Assembly (NCBI GenBank): GCA_002314795.1
Contig: DCHI01000007.1
Location: forward strand, 5,827 to 69,826
Source: Bacteroidales bacterium UBA1756
GTDB taxonomy: Bacteria; Bacteroidota; Bacteroidia; Bacteroidales; WCHB1-69
Direction: 5' to 3'
Length of the DNA: 64,000 nt
Each line of letters starts with the position of its first letter. Positions within the stretch are counted from its first letter, which is position 1. This document shows, piece after piece, positions 57,978 to 64,000 of this stretch. The position numbers were made by a program, and so were the translations under genes. Under the pieces are notes generated by a model. That model was not told the origin of the DNA, did no database searches, and saw only the letters and a list, made by a program, of their open reading frames with translations.

Positions 57978-58009
57978 CCGCCGTTTATGAACCCATAGAT
58001 ATTCGCAAT

Positions 58010-59332
58010 ATGAGTCAGAATATTACAGAACTCAATAGAGATTTTTTGCAGGAACTTGTTGACTGGAAATCCAAGCGTAAGCGCAAACCACTAATTTTGC
58101 AAGGGGCGCGTCAGGTTGGAAAATCCTGGTTGCTAAAAAAATTAGGAGAAACGGCTTTCGACAATTATCTTGTTGTAAATATCGATCGCGATGTGGCTGT
58201 ACGAGAATTATTTGAGCGCACGAAAGATCCTCATCGTTTGGTAGAACAAATTTCTTTAATCAAGGGTCAGCCTATCCGTCCAGAAACGACTTTACTTATT
58301 TTTGACGAAATTCAAGACTCAGACGAAGTCCTCAACTCTTTGAAATATTTCAATGAAGATGCTCCTGAATATGCTGTGGCGTGTGCGGGTTCTTTGCTTG
58401 GGGTGGCAATGAAAAAAAAGGGGCGCTCTTTTCCTGTTGGAATGGTTGATTTCAAATATTTGTACCCGTTGAGTTTTACAGAATTTTTAGACTCCAGCGA
58501 ACCTCGTTTAGCGAACCTCGTGCGCAATTGGGACAAGAATGAGCCGCTTCCTACTATTCTATTGGAAGAACTGTGTGAGAAACTCAAGATTTATATGGTT
58601 GTGGGAGGAATGCCAGAAGCCGTAACCGACTGGATAGAGACTGGAGATATGCACGTAGTAGATGAAACATTAGACAATATTTTGCGTGCCTATCCCATTG
58701 ATTTTTCGAAGTATGCCACACCTACAGAAATGATGCGCATCCAGCAAGTTTGGGATAGTATGCAGCGACAATTAGCAAAAGACAACAAAAAGTTCAAATA
58801 TTCCGATATTCGGCAGGGAGCGCGTGCCCGAGAATACGAAATGGCCGTGGACTGGCTTTGCAGAGCTGGCTTAACACATAAAGTAAACAATACTGAAACT
58901 GCTCGTTTCCCCATTGATTCCTATAAAGACGAATCCATCTTCAAACTATATTTTAATGATATTGGTTTACTGCGAAAGATGTTTCATCTTGATGTTTCGA
59001 CCATTATACAAGAAAACCGATTGTTCACAGAATTCAAAGGAATTATGGCTGAAAACTATGTTGCGCTTTGCTTATTACGACAAGGACACCATCCTCTCTA
59101 CTGGTCTTCTGGAAGCAAGGCGGAAATTGAATTTCTGATTGAATATCAGAATGGAATCATACCCGTTGAGGTGAAATCAAGTGTCAGCATTCAGTCCAAA
59201 AGTTTAAGCGAATATAGGAAAGTAAACAATCCACCGTTATCCATACGATTGTCTATGAAGAATTTGCAATTGCGTGACGGCCTTTTGAACTTACCATTAC
59301 CGCTTGCCGATCGCCTGACAGAATTTCTATAA
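58010..59332 (+). CDS. AAA ATPase, COG1373 type (AAA_14 + DUF4143)
   Basis: Walker A GARQVGKSW and Walker B LLIFDEIQ. C-terminal EIEFLIEY...IPVEVK (restriction-endonuclease-like fold pattern). Confidence 0.82.
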   Translation: MSQNITELNRDFLQELVDWKSKRKRKPLILQGARQVGKSWLLKKLGETAFDNYLVVNIDRDVAVRELFERTKDPHRLVEQISLIKGQPIRPETTLLIFDEIQDSDEVLNSLKYFNEDAPEYAVACAGSLLGVAMKKKGRSFPVGMVDFKYLYPLSFTEFLDSSEPRLANLVRNWDKNEPLPTILLEELCEKLKIYMVVGGMPEAVTDWIETGDMHVVDETLDNILRAYPIDFSKYATPTEMMRIQQVWDSMQRQLAKDNKKFKYSDIRQGARAREYEMAVDWLCRAGLTHKVNNTETARFPIDSYKDESIFKLYFNDIGLLRKMFHLDVSTIIQENRLFTEFKGIMAENYVALCLLRQGHHPLYWSSGSKAEIEFLIEYQNGIIPVEVKSSVSIQSKSLSEYRKVNNPPLSIRLSMKNLQLRDGLLNLPLPLADRLTEFL

Positions 59333-59338
59333 TCGTTT

Positions 59339-59369
59339 ATGTGTAAAATCACACAAAAACCGAACGAAA
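59339..59369. repeat. Third copy of the 31-bp repeat ATGTGTAAAATCACAC(A)AAAACCGAACGAAA
   Basis: 30/31 identical to 57916..57946. Fills the 39-bp gap between the convergent stop codons at 59332 and 59372. Confidence 0.9.
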
Positions 59370-59371
59370 TC

Positions 59372-60535
59372 TTACGCGCCGCACAGAATGTGTAGCACCT
59401 CCATATTCTTTCCGCGTTGTGCCTTGTTGCAGAAATTGCTCAGAAAAACCACGAAAATATCCTCTTGCGGATAATAAAGCATCACGTGGTGAAAGCCACG
59501 CCACAACCCACCGTGATAAACCAACATCCCGTAGGACGGATTCTCTTCCAAATGAAATCCGTAACCGTACAGCTCTTCCGGCAAACGTCCGTTTTTCAGC
59601 ACGTTTTGCGGAAGAATGGCGCGTTCCACCCACTCTTCGGGAAGAATCTTGTAATCATCAAAGAGCGCCTTTTTCCATAAAAAAAGATCATTGACCGTGG
59701 AGTATAATCCTTTGTCGCCAATGGAGCCGTCCAAATAGTAGAGCGGCAGCGGCACTCCGTTAGCGTAATGACCATTGGCAATACTGCATTCGGGATGCTT
59801 CTCCCGTTGCGTTACATAAAACGTACGGGACATACGAGCCGGCACGAAAACGTTGAGCATCATATAATTTTCAAACGGCATTCCGGATACTTTTTCCACG
59901 ATGGATGCTAACAACATATAATTGGTGTTGATATAACTGTATTGCGTTCCCGTTCGGAAAACAAGGGCGGCCTTACGTTTGGCCATCGCCTGAATAACAT
60001 CGTTATTGTCAATTAGTTGCTTTGAATTAGCAAATGTTTTTTCCCCCCAGTTGAAATATTCTGGAAGTCCAGATGTGTGCGTTAAAAGATGGTGAATGGT
60101 GACACCGGAGTAGGGGAGTTCCGGAAAAAACTTGGTAAGCGTGTCGTTCAAAGAGAGTTTTCCCTTGCTCGCCAACTGAAGAATGGCTATTGCCGTGAAC
60201 TGCTTGGAAACGGAAGCCAATTCATAGCAAGTTGTATCCGACAAACGCTGATTGAACTGCTTGCAATTCAGTTTCTTATAACCAAAAGACATCTTTAGTA
60301 CCACCTCCGGACCTTGTGCAATCAGGACGGAACCATTGAGTCGGATGAACATTTCACTGACAAATGCGTCCAGTGCCTGTTTTTTATAAGAGGCATTCAC
60401 CTCATCAAAAAGGATGTTCAACTCATTGGCAGAAAGCGACTTCAGCGGTTTTGTCGGCTTGTTTTTAGGATAAACCGCCGAAAAAGAAAAAAAGGAGATA
60501 CACACCAGCAAGCTGGCGAGAAAAAAACGTCTCAT
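59372..60535 (-). CDS. Serine hydrolase, beta-lactamase (class C / PBP4*-like) family
   Basis: Signal peptide, SxxK (ASVSKQF) and a YxN-type motif (YINTNY). 387 aa. Confidence 0.85.
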   Translation of the reverse strand: MRRFFLASLLVCISFFSFSAVYPKNKPTKPLKSLSANELNILFDEVNASYKKQALDAFVSEMFIRLNGSVLIAQGPEVVLKMSFGYKKLNCKQFNQRLSDTTCYELASVSKQFTAIAILQLASKGKLSLNDTLTKFFPELPYSGVTIHHLLTHTSGLPEYFNWGEKTFANSKQLIDNNDVIQAMAKRKAALVFRTGTQYSYINTNYMLLASIVEKVSGMPFENYMMLNVFVPARMSRTFYVTQREKHPECSIANGHYANGVPLPLYYLDGSIGDKGLYSTVNDLFLWKKALFDDYKILPEEWVERAILPQNVLKNGRLPEELYGYGFHLEENPSYGMLVYHGGLWRGFHHVMLYYPQEDIFVVFLSNFCNKAQRGKNMEVLHILCGA

Positions 60536-60557
60536 ACGGGTTTAGGTTAATGGGCGG

Positions 60558-60565
60558 CAAAGGTA
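60558..60565 (-). promoter_or_regulatory. -7 promoter box (TACCTTTG on minus strand)
   Basis: 23 nt upstream of ATG 60535. Confidence 0.45.
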
Positions 60566-60583
60566 CATAATTTTCATTATATG

Positions 60584-60618
60584 AAAAAAGTTCCGTTTCA
60601 AACGAGACGGAACTTTTT
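60584..60618 (-). terminator. Rho-independent (bidirectional) terminator after the S8 peptidase gene
   Basis: 11-bp stem AGTTCCGTTTC / GAGACGGAACT with a 4-nt loop. A6 and T5 flanks. Confidence 0.8.
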
Positions 60619-60638
60619 ATTATTCTTTGTATAGCCCC

Positions 60639-63600
60639 CTATCGGACGACCAATCGGTGCGTCAAGCAACGATGTGCCGACTGCACTTTGACGATATAAA
60701 CACCCGCGCTCAGTGCCGTTTGGAAATTGACTTCTTCCGTGTGAGCGTCCAAAAGACGAGAATCTACGACTGCTCCACGAACATCGTAAATACGGCAAAC
60801 AGATTCTTCATCCATTCCATTGATTTTCAATGTAAATGAACCATTGTTCGGATTTGGATAGAGTGAGATGGCTTCCTGACCATATTCGTTGATGCCCACT
60901 TCACTGACGAAAGTTGCCACAATGGTGTGGTTGTCCGTAACATCGGTGAAGCTGTAGCTGCTATTTATTAGCTGATTCGTCACATCGGTACCATCCACTT
61001 TCACACTACTGATGCTATAATTGATGTTGGAAGAAATGGTGAACGTTTGGTTGGAATGGGCCGCCACCGTTACAGCTCCAGACGGCGTAATGGTTCCACC
61101 GATTCCGTTGACCGACGCCGTTATCGTGTAATTGGAAGCTGACTGCGAAGTAAAGTACGCCACTAAAGTGCGATTTCCCGTAACCGTAAAGCTATAGGTA
61201 GCATTTGTAGAAACTACGTTCCCGTTTTCTTTCCAGCTTTGGAAAACATAGCCCGCGTTGGGAGTCGCTGTCAGAACAGCCGTTGCTCCAGAATTGTAAC
61301 TACCTGCGCCACTGACCGTTCCCGCATTTGTTGGATTGGCAGTAGCCGAAATCGTGAAACTTGACTGGCTTTGTGGACGTGTCACCGATACGCAATAACT
61401 ATTGTTGCTTAAATCCGGGTCGTTGCCGTTGTAAGTAACATTGATACAGACATTGAAAGTTCCATAAATTCCGGCGGAATCCAACTGGTCTGCAGTGATT
61501 GTAAAGGAGTACGGTGATGGAAAAAGGTAGAAGGAACCCGTGTTGAGTGAATCGAACGTTTCATTGAAAAATTCAACGCTGCCAGCGGTGATGGTGATGG
61601 TGAAATCGTCGGCGGCAAGGTCCGGCCCCGCGTTAGTAACGATGGGAACGGTAACAAAATCTTGAGTAGCCGTTAATGAAACGGAAGTCATCACTTGTTC
61701 GTTGGCATCATACAACTCGACGGACAAATCGGAAGATTCCACGTAAGGCTGACCATCGGAGAGGTAATAAGCCAAAACAAATTCCACACTTCCCATCGTG
61801 ACAGATGTTTGAGTCGCGTCGGTGTACATAGCACGATAATTCAGTCTCAAATAGTCCGTATTGTCGGTCGTGGCGGTGTAAAGATAGTGTCCGGACGCGA
61901 GCGTGTAATCGGCAGAGTAACTGCTGGCGGACACGGTCGTTTCATTATCCAAATCATAAAGGAAGCAAGTAGGTCCATTGGCTACTACTTCAATCCAGAA
62001 GGTATTGTTCCCAATCGTGTAGGGCGTGGTCAAATCCACGACATTGATACCTGCGGACGGCTGGGTGTAGTTTTGGGTATAGACTAACGTTCCCATACGG
62101 GATGAAATACTGGCATCGGAGCCGTTGCTCAGCAAGGTGGAACCGACGTTACTTCCTTCATAAATCTTGATAGTGAAGCTGTTATTATTGTATGAAGGAA
62201 GACTTGTATGTAGGTAGGTGCCGAATTTTACTTTTGTGATTTGGTTGCCGACAGCATAATTGCCATAGGTTTCAGGACGGATGATGATGGACTTTCCCGT
62301 TTCTGTTTGCAAGATATATCCGTATTCATCGTAGTTGCCGTACCATCCTGGCTCATTTGTCTGCGGATCATCGCCGCCGCCGCCGCCACCACCGGCGAGG
62401 TCCAAAGCACATTGAACGGAGGCCGCTGCATTGATGTAGCCGGCATTGCCCGTAATGGTATTGGAACCAGAGGCCAACGGATTCGCATTGTTAATCAGGC
62501 ACTGCTTTACTTGGTCGGGCGTGATGTCCGGGTAAGCGGACGCCATCAAGGCACACAAGCCGGCAGCCACCGGACAAGCCATCGAGGTTCCTTGCATTCC
62601 GTCGTAATATTTTCCGTTCAAAGCCGTGACACCGTAATTTCTCCAATACTGGCAAGTACAATAGGTTGTACTTAACATATTGGAAAGATATTGATTTCCA
62701 GAAACATAGAAACCACCAGGAGAAGCGATATCGGCGCGTCCGTTTCCGTGTTGTGAAAAGTAGGACAAGCTTCCGTCTGAATCGATGGAAGCGACTCCGA
62801 TAACGGAAGAAAAAGCGGCCGGGTAGGTAAGTAGGTTGTCCTCATCGCCTTCATTTCCAGCGGCGGCCACCAAAATGACGCCGTACTCGTAGGCCGTCTG
62901 CATAAACTGTTCTTCTGAGGTGCCGTATTCGGAAGCTCCCCACGACATACTCACTACCTTGGCCCCTTGGTTGATAGCCCAGCTCACCCCCTCGTAGCAA
63001 TAGTACATATCACCATTATCGTCGGCGCCGCGCACTCCGAGCAAAGTGCAACCGCCACCCAAGGAAGAGATTCCTTTTGAATTGTTATTGGTGGCGCCTG
63101 CGAGACCGGCACAGTGTGTTCCGTGCGACCAGCTGTAGGCCGGACAGTTTCCGTATGAGATGTCCGTAGTAGAACAATTATAAGTCGCCGATACGGAAGT
63201 GGGAGGAGCTGCATTGCCAACAACGGCCGTTCCCGTAGCATAAGAACACATATTGGACGAAGCGATGTTCAAATCCTCGTGTGCTCCCCAGACGGCGTTA
63301 TCGACGATGGCCAACTTGATGGAAGAGGAGCCCGTCTGCAAATCCCACGCGCCCGATGCGTTAATCAGGGACAAGTACCACTGGTTGGGAGCGCCGTTCA
63401 ATAATGACCCCGTAGAGTATGTATCGTTGTAGTTGACGCAAAGGTGCGGAAGCGGAATCTTTTCCGCATATTCAACATCCGGCAGATTTTCCAATTCTTT
63501 AATGAAATTCTCGATTGCTGCGGCATCGGTAAATTTAAGGCGGATGATGCGGGCCAACTTGGGATCATTGAAAATGTACAGCGGGCGAGTGATTTGAACG

Positions 63601-63806
63601 ACGCCATATTTTTCAAACAAAGGAGCCAACTTCGGTAATTGGTCAAAATCTACTGAAGTATTTTCATTTACCTGATAATCAATCTTATAACTATCTTTAA
63701 ATTTAAAATAAAGGTGTCCGTCAATGTATTTCGGATAGATGGTTTGTGCCAACGCCGAAGCTACAACGAACAAACAAATGACGATGGATGTAACTATTTT
63801 TTTCAT
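60639..63806 (-). CDS. S8 serine peptidase with Gly-rich linker, Listeria-Bacteroides repeat domains and T9SS CTD
   Basis: Catalytic contexts AIVDNAV (Asp), SHGTHCAG (His) and QGTSMACP (Ser). GGGGGGGDD linker. Two ATANPTNAGTVSG.GSY..G....L.A.PN.GY.F..W-type repeats. C-terminus is LYPNPNNGSFTL...GVYIVKV. Confidence 0.88.
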   Translation of the reverse strand: MKKIVTSIVICLFVVASALAQTIYPKYIDGHLYFKFKDSYKIDYQVNENTSVDFDQLPKLAPLFEKYGVVQITRPLYIFNDPKLARIIRLKFTDAAAIENFIKELENLPDVEYAEKIPLPHLCVNYNDTYSTGSLLNGAPNQWYLSLINASGAWDLQTGSSSIKLAIVDNAVWGAHEDLNIASSNMCSYATGTAVVGNAAPPTSVSATYNCSTTDISYGNCPAYSWSHGTHCAGLAGATNNNSKGISSLGGGCTLLGVRGADDNGDMYYCYEGVSWAINQGAKVVSMSWGASEYGTSEEQFMQTAYEYGVILVAAAGNEGDEDNLLTYPAAFSSVIGVASIDSDGSLSYFSQHGNGRADIASPGGFYVSGNQYLSNMLSTTYCTCQYWRNYGVTALNGKYYDGMQGTSMACPVAAGLCALMASAYPDITPDQVKQCLINNANPLASGSNTITGNAGYINAAASVQCALDLAGGGGGGGDDPQTNEPGWYGNYDEYGYILQTETGKSIIIRPETYGNYAVGNQITKVKFGTYLHTSLPSYNNNSFTIKIYEGSNVGSTLLSNGSDASISSRMGTLVYTQNYTQPSAGINVVDLTTPYTIGNNTFWIEVVANGPTCFLYDLDNETTVSASSYSADYTLASGHYLYTATTDNTDYLRLNYRAMYTDATQTSVTMGSVEFVLAYYLSDGQPYVESSDLSVELYDANEQVMTSVSLTATQDFVTVPIVTNAGPDLAADDFTITITAGSVEFFNETFDSLNTGSFYLFPSPYSFTITADQLDSAGIYGTFNVCINVTYNGNDPDLSNNSYCVSVTRPQSQSSFTISATANPTNAGTVSGAGSYNSGATAVLTATPNAGYVFQSWKENGNVVSTNATYSFTVTGNRTLVAYFTSQSASNYTITASVNGIGGTITPSGAVTVAAHSNQTFTISSNINYSISSVKVDGTDVTNQLINSSYSFTDVTDNHTIVATFVSEVGINEYGQEAISLYPNPNNGSFTLKINGMDEESVCRIYDVRGAVVDSRLLDAHTEEVNFQTALSAGVYIVKVQSAHRCLTHRLVVR

Positions 63807-63820
63807 TTCAAATTGGCAAT

Positions 63821-63861
63821 AACAAAATGAGGGTATCTTTCGACACCCTCACAATTTTTTT
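63821..63861 (-). terminator. Hairpin terminator after gcvH
   Basis: Stem TGAGGGT / ACCCTCA. T-rich tracts follow on both strands. Confidence 0.6.
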
Positions 63862-63871
63862 ATCTAATCAA

Positions 63872-64000
63872 ATTATTTAATGAGGTCAGCGTACTGAGCT
63901 GCGGTGAGCAAAGTATCGGCTTCGGCTGCATTGGTGGGTTTGATCTTGATAATCCAACCAGCGTTGTAAGGATCGCTGTTGATGAGAGCCGGGTCACCGT
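63872..64000 (-). CDS. gcvH: Glycine cleavage system H protein, C-terminal fragment (5' end off the window)
   Basis: My translation of the minus strand gives ...[41 protein letters not shown], the typical GcvH C-terminus. Confidence 0.85.

Noticed and set aside
62360-62400. GCC/GCCGCC run encoding GGGGGGGDD in the S8 peptidase, considered as a slipped-strand phase-variation or frameshift site
   Set aside because: The reading frame is intact on both sides, and the tract is a mixed GCC/ACC codon run rather than a homopolymer. It is most simply an interdomain Gly linker.
1-64000. rRNA or tRNA genes, IS elements/transposases, integrases and prophage genes
   Set aside because: I saw no tRNA-like T-arm/acceptor pattern (GGTTCGAATCC type) outside coding sequence, no rRNA signature, and no ORF with DDE transposase, tyrosine recombinase or serine recombinase motifs. 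The apparent islands therefore lack an obvious mobility gene within this window.

Overview
This 64-kb window looks like a Bacteroidota (Bacteroidales-like) chromosome. Five proteins end in T9SS C-terminal sorting domains. TAnnTTTG -7 promoter boxes precede most transcription units. PepSY-like, FISUMP, gingipain-type C25 and TonB-C families are present. Core content: a partial L,D-transpeptidase, an aminotransferase, and a cell-wall/isoprenoid operon (polyprenyl synthase, mrdA, rodA, rsmE). It also holds a stand-alone EF-G, two tandem TonB paralogues, an LtaS-like sulfatase, Dus, bcd-etfBA, a GH20 hexosaminidase, a 4-hydroxybutyrate dehydrogenase-like Fe-ADH, gdhA, a beta-lactamase-fold hydrolase and partial gcvH. 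Accessory content: two type II R-M systems (an HTH-fused C5-MTase with a PD-(D/E)xK REase, and an EcoRI-type R-M), a 7.3-kb bimodular NRPS (C-A-T-C-A-T-R), a RhuM-family gene and two COG1373-type AAA ATPases. There is also a GC-rich pair of FISUMP-domain proteins, an MBOAT pair, and a NUDIX / sensor-PP2C-kinase fusion / STAS operon. No rRNA, tRNA or CRISPR was seen. Non-coding DNA is unusual: a 9-bp tandem repeat (AAAGTTTRT) recurs at four intergenic loci, one 7-bp array is present, and a hairpin family (core GTCACATTGTGGCGTC) is dispersed through the window. A 31-bp direct repeat brackets one ATPase gene. The most notable candidate system is the co-directional block RhuM - NRPS - EcoRI-like R - M (37.6-48.0 kb). 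All homology calls rest on motif recognition by eye, not on database searches.
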